A program made the translations under genes and the position numbers. The notes under the pieces are model-generated. The model saw only the letters and a list, made by a program, of their open reading frames with translations. It was not told where the DNA came from and did no database searches. This document shows positions 10,863 through 20,930 of a stretch of 64,000 bases of DNA, one piece after another. The DNA lies in the NCBI GenBank assembly GCA_047284725.1, contig JBJBEO010000001.1:736001-800000 (forward strand). Reading direction: 5' to 3'. Each line of letters begins with the position of its first letter. Within the stretch, counting starts at the first letter, position 1. This DNA comes from Synechococcus sp. (GTDB lineage: Bacteria; Cyanobacteriota; Cyanobacteriia; PCC-6307; Cyanobiaceae).

Positions 10863-11880
10863 GCAGCTGCGCTTCATTGCTGTCGCGCGGTGTGTCTCCA
10901 TTGATGGTGCCTTGGCGGCAGTTGGCTGAGAAGCGCACGCTTTCGTAGCCGTTGTCGGCTTCGAAGGTGATCACGTCGCCACTCGCGGTCACGCTCGGGT
11001 AGTAGAGCGAGTAATCCGAGCTAGGCACGACGATATAGCTCACCTGGTTGGACTGCGCTGAGTTCACCAGGCTGTTGATGACCCCGAAGGTGGCCATGCC
11101 AGCCAGACCCCAGGCTGCTGCCTTTCCGGGATACCAGCCCCAGTTGTTCCAGTAGGAACCGCCATACCAGCCATAGTTCCAGGGGCGATTGTTGTACCAA
11201 CCGCTGTTGCTGTACCAGCCCCTGCCATAGCGGTCCCAGTTGTTAACGGCCTTCCGGTAGGTGTCGTTGCGGTTGTTGACTCGGTTGTTACGTCCGTCCT
11301 GGCGGATGTCGGTGCGGTTGGTGCGATCGTTCTGGCGAGTGCTCTGACGCGAATCACGGCTGCCTTGCCGATTGGTCTGGTTGGTTTGGCGGTTGGACTG
11401 GCGTGACCCCTGATTGCTCTGGCGAGTGCTTTGACGCGAATCTCGGCTGCCCTGCCGATTGGTCTGGTTGGTTTGGCGGCTGGTTTGCCGCGATCCTTGA
11501 TTGGATTGGCGTGTACTGCTGCGAGACCCGCTGTTCCGGGAACTGCCACTCCGTGACCCGCTGCTGCGGGAGCCACTGCCGCTGTGGGAGCTGAAGCCGG
11601 TTCGTCCACCACTGGAGCCTCCGCGGGAGCTGCTGCGAGACCCGCTGCTGCGAGACCCCGAACTCCTTGATCCACTGCTACGTGATCCACCACCCCGGGA
11701 ACCACCACCCCGGGAACCACCACCTCGGGAACCACCTCCCCGCTGGGCCAATTCGATTTCGGTGTTGGCGGCTGTGGGAGTGACTGCGCTGGTGGCCATC
11801 GCTGCCAACCCCGCTGTTGGTTGCAGGCTCAGCAGCAGGCTGATGAAGCCGGCAACAGGTTTTGCATGGTTCTTGTTCAT
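10828..11880 (-). CDS. Exported low-complexity Gly/Ser/Arg- and Trp/Tyr/Asn-rich protein
   Basis: ATG at 11880 overlaps upstream stop (ATGA); signal peptide, GGGSR/SSGSR repeats, two 29-aa repeats, small C-terminal domain with 2 Cys. Confidence 0.75.
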   Translation of the reverse strand: MNKNHAKPVAGFISLLLSLQPTAGLAAMATSAVTPTAANTEIELAQRGGGSRGGGSRGGGSRGGGSRSSGSRSSGSRSSGSRSSSRGGSSGGRTGFSSHSGSGSRSSGSRSGSSRNSGSRSSTRQSNQGSRQTSRQTNQTNRQGSRDSRQSTRQSNQGSRQSNRQTNQTNRQGSRDSRQSTRQNDRTNRTDIRQDGRNNRVNNRNDTYRKAVNNWDRYGRGWYSNSGWYNNRPWNYGWYGGSYWNNWGWYPGKAAAWGLAGMATFGVINSLVNSAQSNQVSYIVVPSSDYSLYYPSVTASGDVITFEADNGYESVRFSANCRQGTINGDTPRDSNEAQLLNAACQVAFGE

Positions 11881-12377
11881 CGCTTGAGTGCCTCCATCAG
11901 TCGCTTGCAACCGTTGTCGAAGCAGGCCACCTCCACGCGGCCATTGCTCCCGAAGGCCATCCCGGCCTTGGTGCGCCCTTGCATGGCATCCCCACTGTTC
12001 ACCAGTACGTCGGCCAGGAAGGTGGGATTGTTGACACAGAACGCTCGGTTGTTGAAGCAGAGCTCCTGGTCTTGAAAATCGATCGTCGCGTTTTTCACGG
12101 AGGCCCAAGCTGCTCCTGCTGCCTTTTGGCCTTCGATGCGCACGTAGGGCGAGTCAATCACGCGATAGGACACGGTGCGTCCGCCGAAGCTGTGGCGGTA
12201 TTCAGTGGTGTCGTCAACATTCACTGCTGTGACTGTGCAGGCGAAGGGTTCGGCCGTGCCAGTGCTGCAGGTGGTATCGAGCCTGTAGAGCTCTTCGGCC
12301 TGAAGGGAAGGAGCGTGAACGATTCCGCCGATCAAGAGCAGACCCAACAGCAACCTGCACCGTTGTGGTGTGGTCAT
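11877..12377 (-). CDS. Secreted hypothetical protein
   Basis: Signal peptide, six Cys in the mature part, translational coupling to next gene. Confidence 0.7.
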   Translation of the reverse strand: MTTPQRCRLLLGLLLIGGIVHAPSLQAEELYRLDTTCSTGTAEPFACTVTAVNVDDTTEYRHSFGGRTVSYRVIDSPYVRIEGQKAAGAAWASVKNATIDFQDQELCFNNRAFCVNNPTFLADVLVNSGDAMQGRTKAGMAFGSNGRVEVACFDNGCKRLMEALKR

Positions 12378-12459
12378 AGGGATGAGGATTGATGCAGAGA
12401 TGGAGGGTGGAATGCCTCCGTTCTTGCAAGATGGCCAGAGGCTGAAACATCGTCAGTAG

Positions 12460-12738
12460 ATGTGCACAGATGGGATCAAGCATCGGCGTGAACGGTTGCA
12501 TGAGCTGCTGCTCGCCTTGATCGAGCAGCAGGCTGATCTCGAATTGATGGATGCCGATGGCCCCACCGGATTCACCGTCAGTGGGGCCAGTGATGCTGCT
12601 GCCGATGCAGCCCGCTGGATGGAGCGCAACCGCAGGGTGTTGCAGCGTTATCAGTCGTTGGTGCGTACAGCCGTCACCCTGGATGCGTTGCTCGATGCTG
12701 AGACCACAGCAGGACCTGAGGTCAATGAGTCGTTCTGA
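12460..12738 (+). CDS. Hypothetical protein
   Basis: 92-aa helical ORF filling the intergenic space with typical codon usage. Confidence 0.6.
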   Translation: MCTDGIKHRRERLHELLLALIEQQADLELMDADGPTGFTVSGASDAAADAARWMERNRRVLQRYQSLVRTAVTLDALLDAETTAGPEVNESF

Positions 12739-12843
12739 TCGTTCTGGCATGGGTTGATCAACACCGGCGGTTCGCTCACCTTCACCAGCACCAAAAGCTG
12801 CGGCGAGTCTGTGAAGGCCGACCTCCCTGCCCAGGGGTCGGCC

Positions 12844-14418
12844 TCAGTCCTCTTCCTGATGCAGCAGTTGTTGTTCACGGCCAATGATCAGCAACAGCAG
12901 GCTGAGGGCCAGCAGTAATCCGGTGAGGCTTGCCATCAGAAGCATCGTGCCGGCGAGGCCCTGGCTGTAGGCCCCTCGCAACACCGTCAGCATCGGCTCG
13001 ACATCCGAGGCCGGTAACGCGATCGGACTGTTGCGCAGAAATAAATGCACCATCTGGTCGAGTTGGGGACTCGTCTCAGCGCCAAGTCCTGCCAGTTGCA
13101 GTCGGGTCTGCAGGTCGTTGAAGCCCAGGCCGCGGATCATCGTGCCGCTGATGGCCAGCCCGAAGGCAAACCCCAGCTGGCCGCTGGTGGTGCGGAAGGC
13201 CAGCACTGAGCCAAAGCAATCGTCTGGTGCCTCCTGCACGAACAGGGACGACTGGGGTACAGCCACAAAGGCCAGCCCGACTCCCGACAGAACGAGCGCT
13301 GGCAACAGGTGCCAATAGGGGGTGTGGACCTGCACGATCGCGACCAGCGCCAGCCCGATGGTGAGAGTCAGGCTGCCCCAGGCCATCAGCACCAGAGTGC
13401 GTCGCCCCGGTGCCATCCAGCGGCCTGCCAGGATCCCGGCCAGGCCGAAGCAGAGCAGAAACGGCAGCTGGCCCAAGGCCACGGAGCTGGTGCTGTATCC
13501 CTGCACCAGTTGCCAGAAGTTGCTGGTCTGCAGCTGCAGCACGGCTTGGGCCACGTTCCAGCCGAGGCCGTTCACCACCGCGGCGGCGAAAAAGCCCCTC
13601 AGGTAAAGCCTGGGGGGGAAGATCGGGGTGGTGCAGCCTCGCTCCCAGGCGATGTGGAGGCCGTACAGCAGAAGCCCGAGGACGCTTGGCAGCCAGAAGG
13701 CCGGGCTGCGCAATCCCGTTGCGGCATGGTTGATGCCATAGAGAAACAGCACCACCGCAGAGGCGATCGTGAGTAGCCCCAGTCCATCGGGCCGCAGACG
13801 GCGATTGGCCGGAATCGAGGGCAGCAGCACAGGTAGGAGCGGCAGGCTGATCACGCAGATCAGGGGCACCAGGCCCATGGCCAGGCGCCAGTGCAGGGTG
13901 GCCATCCAGCCGCCGAGCAGGGAACCGATGATGAAGGCCACCACGATCAGCAGATTCCAGAGCCCAAGAGCGGCATTGAGTTGATGGGGGCGGCTCACGG
14001 CTCGCACGCTCGCAAAGGTGCTGGTGAGTACCGAGCCCAGAGCGATCCCCGTGAGCGCCCTGCCCAGTAGGAAGACATTCGCTGCAGGGGCCAGCATGGA
14101 GAGCAGGTTGCCCGCAAGGGCCAGTAGCAGTGAGGCAGCGAGGATTCTGCGCCTGCCGTAGCGATCCCCGAGAAAGCCCATCACCAGCACCGTGGCGGCC
14201 TGAGCCAGGGTGGAGACGCTGGCCGCCAGCGCCAGCGTTGCCCCTTCCATGTGCAGGTTGGCGCTGGCATTCACCAGGGCGATGTTCGCCACGCTGGGAT
14301 CGATCAGCTGCAGGCCTGCCAGGAGTCCCAGATAGGGCACCGCCAGGGGCGAGATGCCGTTGGGATTGGAACAGGTGTGGCCCATCTCAATGCATCGCCC
14401 GTTTCCATCCAACGTCAT
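12844..14418 (-). CDS. MFS transporter (DHA2-like)
   Basis: GFLGDRYGRRR motif A; about 14 hydrophobic segments. Confidence 0.88.
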   Translation of the reverse strand: MTLDGNGRCIEMGHTCSNPNGISPLAVPYLGLLAGLQLIDPSVANIALVNASANLHMEGATLALAASVSTLAQAATVLVMGFLGDRYGRRRILAASLLLALAGNLLSMLAPAANVFLLGRALTGIALGSVLTSTFASVRAVSRPHQLNAALGLWNLLIVVAFIIGSLLGGWMATLHWRLAMGLVPLICVISLPLLPVLLPSIPANRRLRPDGLGLLTIASAVVLFLYGINHAATGLRSPAFWLPSVLGLLLYGLHIAWERGCTTPIFPPRLYLRGFFAAAVVNGLGWNVAQAVLQLQTSNFWQLVQGYSTSSVALGQLPFLLCFGLAGILAGRWMAPGRRTLVLMAWGSLTLTIGLALVAIVQVHTPYWHLLPALVLSGVGLAFVAVPQSSLFVQEAPDDCFGSVLAFRTTSGQLGFAFGLAISGTMIRGLGFNDLQTRLQLAGLGAETSPQLDQMVHLFLRNSPIALPASDVEPMLTVLRGAYSQGLAGTMLLMASLTGLLLALSLLLLIIGREQQLLHQEED

Positions 14419-14647
14419 GGCTGGGAGCCTTGAGTGCCGTACTGCCTCAGATCATGGAGAGGGTTGCGACAGGACATGACTCTGCTGAGGAGTGGAAAGA
14501 TTCCGTCATCGGTTGATCATTTTTGAGGTGCATTCGTGCTGTTGCTTTTGCCAATAATGAGGTGCGTGTTGATTGTTGATGGATGGTCAACTGCAATCTC
14601 CAGAATGGCTTGATTTTGCAGATTGATTGTTCAATCAGAACAGTGCT

Positions 14648-17600
14648 ATGACTGACTTTATTGGTGGCGGAACCATTGTTTCCGTCAATCCTGCTGATGC
14701 TGATATCAGTGGATTTGACCCGCTCCGTGATGTGCTGGATTTCGGCGACATCTCAGTGCATGGCCTGATTCTTGGCTCACTTCCTGATGGCACGGCGGCC
14801 ATCGTTAATCCCTGGGGTGATCCTCCCCAATATCAGGCCCTCACTGGGGTGAGCTGGGCGGATCTCTCGCTGGATAATTTCGGCATCGTGGGGAACGAGC
14901 ACCTACGGCAAGACATTGGTGCCGTGTTGTCGTGGGAGCAGGGGATTGGTGATCGTGATCCCAACACGATTTATGTGCGCTCCCATGAATATGGGGTGCA
15001 TGAGGTGATTGAAAACTTCGATCCCACCACCCAGAAACTGAGTTTTCTGTATGTGGGCACCCGAGAGCGCCTGTCGGTCACCGATACGGCCGAGGGGCTG
15101 TTGATTCAATTCGAGCCCTCAGGCCAGAGCCTCTTGCTGGTGGGCATCCAGCGCAGCGATTTGATTGGTGCCAATCTCGAGTTTCACCACGATCAGGTGG
15201 TGGAAGACAGCCTCGAGGTGCCGTTTGGGTTCACCGCCGATCAAGTGACCCTGGTGAGCCGCGAGGGGTTGGTGACACCCGCGGCACCGTTGGGTGAGAG
15301 CACCGACGGTTTCCAGGAAAGGGCCGGCGAATGGGTGCATCCTGATGCGGTGGTGGCTGACGGTGCCAGCAGCGATGACTCCACGCACGACCACTCCACC
15401 CATGACCATGCCATGCACGATCACGGCATGGCAGATGGCGACACGGGCACTGAGTCTGCTGCTGAAACGCCTGCGGCACCGTCTACGGGTGCGATTCAGC
15501 TGAGCGTGAGCGGCAGCCTCTACTGGGGTGGCATGAGTGGCGTGCTCACCCTGAAGAACACCTCGGCGAATGCCATCGATGGCTGGCAGGTGAGTTTTCT
15601 GACCAGTCAGAGCAATGTGCGCTTCTGGTCGGCCAACGCCAGCGCAGTGGATCAGGGCGATGGCACGGTGCTGGTGACGCTTCAACCTGTCGATTGGAAT
15701 GCGTCGATTGCCGCCGGCGGCAGCATCAGCCTTGATTTCAACGCCGACAGCGTGGGCCTGCCCAACAGCGGCAGCCTCACGGATGCACTGTTTTTTGCCG
15801 GCAGCAGCCTTGTTGAACCAGAGCTTGCTCCGGAACCCGAACCCACACCTGCACCTGAACTAGAGACCGAGCCCGAGCCGCAACCGGCAGCTGTGCTGGT
15901 GGAAGCCACGGTCACCGACCACTGGAATGGCACCTTCGCTGGCAATCTCACCGTCACCAACGCGGGCTCGCAGGCACTGGATGCAGGGTGGTCGGTGAGC
16001 TTCCTGAGTGATTACGCCCTCAAGCAGGTCAGCAATTTCAGCCTTCGTCAGGAGCAACAAAGCGACGGCCGCTATCGCGTCACCCTCTCGGCGCCGAGCT
16101 GGTCTGCGGGTCAGGCCTTGGCGTCCGGCAGCAGCCTCAGTTCCTATTACCAGGGCAGCGGCGATCTCAGTGGCGCAACATCACTGAGCTTCGACACGGG
16201 CGATGCGACGGCTCCTGCAGAGCCGGCATTTCCCACAGACCCTGGTGAGATCACCGATCCCGGGGAAACAACCGAGCCGGTTGAGCCGAAAGAGCCCGAA
16301 AGCTCAACAGATCCTGCTGAACCAACGGATTCAACGGATCCGACGGGTCCCAGTGATCCCATTGATCCAATCGACCCATCGCCCTCACCCGATCCATCCC
16401 CCTCCAGCGATGGCCTGCGGGTGGTGGGTTACTTCGAAGAGTGGGGCATTTATGGCCGCGACTTCCGCGTCGCCGATGTGGATGCCAGCAAGCTCACCCA
16501 CCTCAACTACAGCTTCTTCGGGGTGGATGACAGCGGCGACCTGTTCATCCATGACGCCTGGGCGGCCACCGACAAACGCTTCACCGCTGATCAGCAGGTG
16601 AGCCGCACCTTCTCTGCCAGCGAATGGAGTGGTCTCGATGCGGCCTATCGCGACGGTCTCGTGAATGGGGGTGATTTCGCGCGCACTACAGCAGCTGATG
16701 GGTCCGTCACCCTCACCGGCCTTCCGGTGGGGTGGGATGCCCCCAATGCCGAGGCGGGCAACCTGCGCCAGCTGGATCTGCTCAAGCAACTCAATCCTCA
16801 CCTCAACATCGGCTTTGCCCTGGGGGGCTGGACGCTCTCCGGTGCGTTCAGCCTGGCCTTCGATGATGCCGCTGGCCGGGAGGCGTTCGCCAACAGCGTG
16901 ATCGATACCCTCAGCCGGTATGACGTTTTCAACACCGTCGATTTCGACTGGGAGTACCCGGGTGGTGGTGGACTGGGCAGCAATGCGGTGAGCGATCAGG
17001 ACGGTGCCAATTTCGCCCTCACCCTGCAACTGCTCGACCAGAAGCTGGACACCTTCCAGCGGCAGACCGGCCGCGAGGTGGAGATCTCCATCGCCACCGC
17101 CGGTGGCGCCGACAAGCTGGCCAACCTCAACCTTGAGGGGATCGACCCCTACGTCGACTTCTACAACGTGATGACCTACGACTTCCACGGCGGGTGGGAG
17201 TCGCAGACCGGCCACCAGGCCGCCATGACCGGCGATGCGGGGGGCTACGACGTGCTCACCGCCATCGATCAGTTCCGCCAGGCGGATGTGGATCTCAGCA
17301 AGGTGGTGCTTGGTGCTCCGGCTTACACCCGCGCCTGGGGTGGCGTGCAAGACGGGGGCACCTACGGCTACCAGCAGGCGGGGGATTCCTCGCAGGCCGC
17401 CGGGTCATTTGAAGCCGGCAGCTACGACGTGAAGGATCTACTCACCGGCGTGGAGAACGCCGACCTGCAGCTGTTCTGGGATGACACCGCCAAAGCGGCG
17501 TTTGTCTACGACTCCGTCAGTGGTCTTTGGAGCTCGATTGAAACCGCAGCCACCGTGGCCGGTAAAGCGGCCTATGTGCAGGAGGCGGGGCTGGGCGGTT

Positions 17601-17779
17601 TGATGTTCTGGGCCTTGTCCAACGACGCCGAGGGGGATCAGAGCCTGGTGGATGCCGCCTTTGATGGCCTGTTGGGCGGTGAATCCCTGGAGGCGATCGT
17701 GGCGCGAGCCAACTCCTTTGATCAGGTGATCGGTGGTGATGGTCAGTTCACCCTGAGCGATTTCACCAATCTGGCCTGA
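14648..17779 (+). CDS. chiA: Multi-domain chitinase: N-terminal domain, two CBM2-like domains, Pro-rich linkers, GH18 catalytic domain
   Basis: VVGYFEEWGIYGR, LTHLNYSF, ALGGWT, DFDWEYP (DxDxE), NVMTYDFHG, GLGGLMFW. Confidence 0.9.
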   Translation: MTDFIGGGTIVSVNPADADISGFDPLRDVLDFGDISVHGLILGSLPDGTAAIVNPWGDPPQYQALTGVSWADLSLDNFGIVGNEHLRQDIGAVLSWEQGIGDRDPNTIYVRSHEYGVHEVIENFDPTTQKLSFLYVGTRERLSVTDTAEGLLIQFEPSGQSLLLVGIQRSDLIGANLEFHHDQVVEDSLEVPFGFTADQVTLVSREGLVTPAAPLGESTDGFQERAGEWVHPDAVVADGASSDDSTHDHSTHDHAMHDHGMADGDTGTESAAETPAAPSTGAIQLSVSGSLYWGGMSGVLTLKNTSANAIDGWQVSFLTSQSNVRFWSANASAVDQGDGTVLVTLQPVDWNASIAAGGSISLDFNADSVGLPNSGSLTDALFFAGSSLVEPELAPEPEPTPAPELETEPEPQPAAVLVEATVTDHWNGTFAGNLTVTNAGSQALDAGWSVSFLSDYALKQVSNFSLRQEQQSDGRYRVTLSAPSWSAGQALASGSSLSSYYQGSGDLSGATSLSFDTGDATAPAEPAFPTDPGEITDPGETTEPVEPKEPESSTDPAEPTDSTDPTGPSDPIDPIDPSPSPDPSPSSDGLRVVGYFEEWGIYGRDFRVADVDASKLTHLNYSFFGVDDSGDLFIHDAWAATDKRFTADQQVSRTFSASEWSGLDAAYRDGLVNGGDFARTTAADGSVTLTGLPVGWDAPNAEAGNLRQLDLLKQLNPHLNIGFALGGWTLSGAFSLAFDDAAGREAFANSVIDTLSRYDVFNTVDFDWEYPGGGGLGSNAVSDQDGANFALTLQLLDQKLDTFQRQTGREVEISIATAGGADKLANLNLEGIDPYVDFYNVMTYDFHGGWESQTGHQAAMTGDAGGYDVLTAIDQFRQADVDLSKVVLGAPAYTRAWGGVQDGGTYGYQQAGDSSQAAGSFEAGSYDVKDLLTGVENADLQLFWDDTAKAAFVYDSVSGLWSSIETAATVAGKAAYVQEAGLGGLMFWALSNDAEGDQSLVDAAFDGLLGGESLEAIVARANSFDQVIGGDGQFTLSDFTNLA

Positions 17780-17854
17780 GCGGCGATTGTCGATGGTGGC
17801 CCCTCTGGTGCTTCCGCTCAGCTCTGGCAATCTGGGCGGACTCTCGGCCCCTGC

Positions 17855-20353
17855 ATGGCTCCGCTCGGTCTTTCGCGTTTGAAATCCCTGCTGGGCCGCA
17901 GCAACAGTGCCAAGCGTTGGCGACTGCCGGAGGCGTGCTGGAGCCGGCCTTTCGGCCTGGGCTGGGACAAGCCCTACACGGTGCGCTACGCCAGCAACCT
18001 TGATGATGGCCCCAACCACGGCATGCCCCTGGGGGGCTTTGGGGCCGGATGCATCGGCCGGGCGCCCGACGGCAACATCAACCTCTGGCACCTCGATGGT
18101 GGGGAGCACTGGTTTGGCGTGCTGCCCGATTGCCAGTTCGCTTTGTTTGAAAGCAATGGCAGCAGGTCCCGGGCCCATGCCCTGGCGGTGAATCCCGGTG
18201 CCGATGCCTCTCGCCCTGACTCCGGCGAACCGCTCACGGCCTGGGAGTGGTACCCAGCCAGCACTCCCGAGCGCAGCACTGGCACCTATGCCGCCCGCTA
18301 TCCCCTCAGCTGGACGAACTATGAAGGCGTCTATGACTCCGAGGTGCGTTGTGAGGCCTTCAGTCCGATCCTCCCTGGCGATTACCAGCGCACCAGCTAC
18401 CCGGTGGCGGTGTTCGTGTGGACTCTGCGCAATCCCACCAACCAGCCCCTGGATCTGTCGCTGCTGCTCAGCTGGCGCAACACCATCGGCTGGTTCACCA
18501 ACACCGACGCATCAGCTGAGGTGCATTTCCGTGACGACGGCAGCCCGGAGCACAACTACGCCCCGGCGATCGGCCAAACCACTGGCCAATGGAACCGCTG
18601 GATCGATGACGGCGACCTCAAAGGTGTGGTGCTCGCAGGCAACGTCTCCAACCCCGTTGCCGAAGGCGAGGGCCAGTGGTGCATCGCCACCACCGAGCAG
18701 CCGGGGGTGAAAATCCAGCGCTGCAGCCGCTGGAATCCCAGTGGCGATGGCAGTGAGTTGTGGAACAGCTTCAGCGCCGATGGCTCCATCCCCGAGAGCA
18801 ACAACGACCGCAAGAGCGGAGCCAATGATCCGCTCAGTGCTGCTCTGGCGGTGCAATGTCAGTTGGCGCCGGGCCAGAGCGTGGAGATTCCCGTGGTGAT
18901 CAGCTGGGATCTTCCGGTGACGGCGTTTGCCACCGGTAGTCAGGCCCTGCGCCGCTATACGGATTTCTTTGGCACAGGAGGGGATCAGGCCGTGGCGATT
19001 GCTGCGGAAGCCCTGCGTGATTGGACGAGCTGGAAGGAGCAGATCGAGGCCTGGCAGCAGCCCGTGCTGGCGCGCACCGAGTGGCCCGAGTCGCTGCGCA
19101 TGGCGCTGTTCAACGAGCTCTACGACCTCTGCAGTGGTGGCAGCCTCTGGAGTGCGGCAACACCGGAGGATCCCCACGGTCGCTTCGGGGTGTTGGAGTG
19201 CCTCGACTACGCCTGGTATGAAAGCCTCGATGTGCGCCTCTATGGCTCCTTTGCCCTGCTGCAGTTGTGGCCGGAGCTCGACAAGGCCGTGCTGCGCAGC
19301 TTTGCCCGGGCGATTCCGGCAGCTGATTCCACCCAGCGGCCGATCGGTTGGTATTTCACCCAGGGGAAGGGCCGTGTTGAAGCTGACCGCAAGGTGAAAG
19401 GGGCCACTCCTCATGATCTGGGGGCCCCTAACGAAATCCCCTGGGATGCCACCAATTACACGGCCTATCAGGATTGCAACCTCTGGAAAGACCTGGGCAG
19501 CGATTACGTGTTGCAGGTCTGGCGCACCTTCAAGCTGGCGCCCAGTGGGGAAGACGTGCGTTTTCTGGCCGATTGCTGGCCATCAGCAGTGGAAGCGCTC
19601 CGCTATCTGAAGACGTTTGATGTGAACGACGACGGCCTGCCGGACAACGGCGGTGCTCCAGATCAAACCTTTGATGACTGGCCGCTGAAAGGGGTGAGTG
19701 CCTACTGCGGTGCGCTTTGGATTGCCGCATTGGAGGCGGCTTTGGCGATCGGACAGACCCTCCAGTTGAAAACCGGCCTGGATACGTCGACGGAGCAGCG
19801 CGAGTTCAGCGGTTGGCTCGAGCAGTCGCGTCGCCATTTCGATCGGTTGCTCTGGAACGGCGAGTACTACGACATCGATGCAGAGAGCGGCACACCGGTG
19901 GTGATGGCTGACCAACTTTGTGGCGATTTCTATGCCCGCTTGCTGGGGCTGGAGCCGGTGGTGAGTGAGGCCAACAGTCGCAGCACCCTGAAGGCTGTGA
20001 AGGAAGCCTGCTTTGAGCGGTTTGAAGGCGGCAGGCTGGGTGTCGCCAATGGTCTACGACGCGACGGCACGCCACTGGATCCCAAGGGCACCCATCCTCT
20101 CGAAGTGTGGACGGGGATCAACTTCGGCATCGCCAGCTATTACCGCCTCATGGGTGAGGACCAAACAGCCGAGGCCATCTGTTCTGCTGTGGTGAATCAG
20201 GTGTACGACGGTGGTTTGCAGTTCCGCACGCCGGAGGCGATCACGGCGGTGACGACCTTCAGGGCCTGCCATTACCTGAGGGCGATGGCGATCTGGGGGT
20301 TGTGGGCGACCCATACCGATTGGCAGAGGATCCCGGGGGCCGAGCGGGCCTGA
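17855..20353 (+). CDS. GH116 family glycosyl hydrolase (GBA2-like)
   Basis: GMPLGGFGAGCIGR, YESLDV, PHDLG, PDQTFDDW, DQLCG, FRTPEA motifs. Confidence 0.9.
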   Translation: MAPLGLSRLKSLLGRSNSAKRWRLPEACWSRPFGLGWDKPYTVRYASNLDDGPNHGMPLGGFGAGCIGRAPDGNINLWHLDGGEHWFGVLPDCQFALFESNGSRSRAHALAVNPGADASRPDSGEPLTAWEWYPASTPERSTGTYAARYPLSWTNYEGVYDSEVRCEAFSPILPGDYQRTSYPVAVFVWTLRNPTNQPLDLSLLLSWRNTIGWFTNTDASAEVHFRDDGSPEHNYAPAIGQTTGQWNRWIDDGDLKGVVLAGNVSNPVAEGEGQWCIATTEQPGVKIQRCSRWNPSGDGSELWNSFSADGSIPESNNDRKSGANDPLSAALAVQCQLAPGQSVEIPVVISWDLPVTAFATGSQALRRYTDFFGTGGDQAVAIAAEALRDWTSWKEQIEAWQQPVLARTEWPESLRMALFNELYDLCSGGSLWSAATPEDPHGRFGVLECLDYAWYESLDVRLYGSFALLQLWPELDKAVLRSFARAIPAADSTQRPIGWYFTQGKGRVEADRKVKGATPHDLGAPNEIPWDATNYTAYQDCNLWKDLGSDYVLQVWRTFKLAPSGEDVRFLADCWPSAVEALRYLKTFDVNDDGLPDNGGAPDQTFDDWPLKGVSAYCGALWIAALEAALAIGQTLQLKTGLDTSTEQREFSGWLEQSRRHFDRLLWNGEYYDIDAESGTPVVMADQLCGDFYARLLGLEPVVSEANSRSTLKAVKEACFERFEGGRLGVANGLRRDGTPLDPKGTHPLEVWTGINFGIASYYRLMGEDQTAEAICSAVVNQVYDGGLQFRTPEAITAVTTFRACHYLRAMAIWGLWATHTDWQRIPGAERA

Positions 20354-20423
20354 CCGTCCAGGCCTGATTCACGGAGCTCTCGCTTCAGGGAGCCGCAGCA
20401 CCGATGATGGGAGCACTTCTTGG

Positions 20424-20930
20424 TTGTGCTGGATGGGTCTTCTGCCTCGCCTGCTGTTGTCTGCTCTGGCGGCCGTGTTGCTGCTGCTGGTGACCCCCGG
20501 CGTTGCCGTCGCCCAGTTGCACGAGCATCAAGATGACACTGGTGCGCCGATGGTGCGCAGCCTTGAGAGCCTGCGTGACCTCGACTACCAGAGTTGGCAG
20601 GCGGTGGCCTATCGAACCGGGGAACCTGGTAATCCTGTGGTGCTGCGCATTGTTGGCTATCCAGGCAAGGTGCGCCTCGATCACCCCACGGATTTGGTGG
20701 TGCAAGCCGGTGTGAAGGAATGGATCCTGCCGGACATCACACTGGAGAACAAGGCTCTGGCCCGCGACAGTCGCGATGCGGCGGCTGAATTCTCCCTGGA
20801 TCCGCTGCTCAACGACCTTCACAACAAGCGCCCCCTGCGCCTGTTCCTCCCAGGGGTGCTGAATGAGTTGCCTGTGCCCCCGTTTGTGGTGGGTGAATGG
20901 CGGCAGGTGCAGACGGAGCCCCTGGGGTGA
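20424..20930 (+). CDS. DUF3122-like secreted cyanobacterial protein
   Basis: Signal peptide; RSLESLRD..WQAVAY, LRIVGYPG, VVGEW. Confidence 0.75.
   Translation: MCWMGLLPRLLLSALAAVLLLLVTPGVAVAQLHEHQDDTGAPMVRSLESLRDLDYQSWQAVAYRTGEPGNPVVLRIVGYPGKVRLDHPTDLVVQAGVKEWILPDITLENKALARDSRDAAAEFSLDPLLNDLHNKRPLRLFLPGVLNELPVPPFVVGEWRQVQTEPLG

Noticed and set aside
11330..11745. CRISPR-like repeat array
   Set aside because: Repeats are in-frame coding repeats without unique spacers; no cas genes seen
11881..12108. N-terminal extension of the 426-aa ORF
   Set aside because: Overlaps the upstream gene in another frame; ATG at 11880 gives a coupled start with a signal peptide
15810..16410. Pro/Glu/Asp/Thr repeats as a repeat element
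   Set aside because: Ordinary inter-domain linkers of the chitinase
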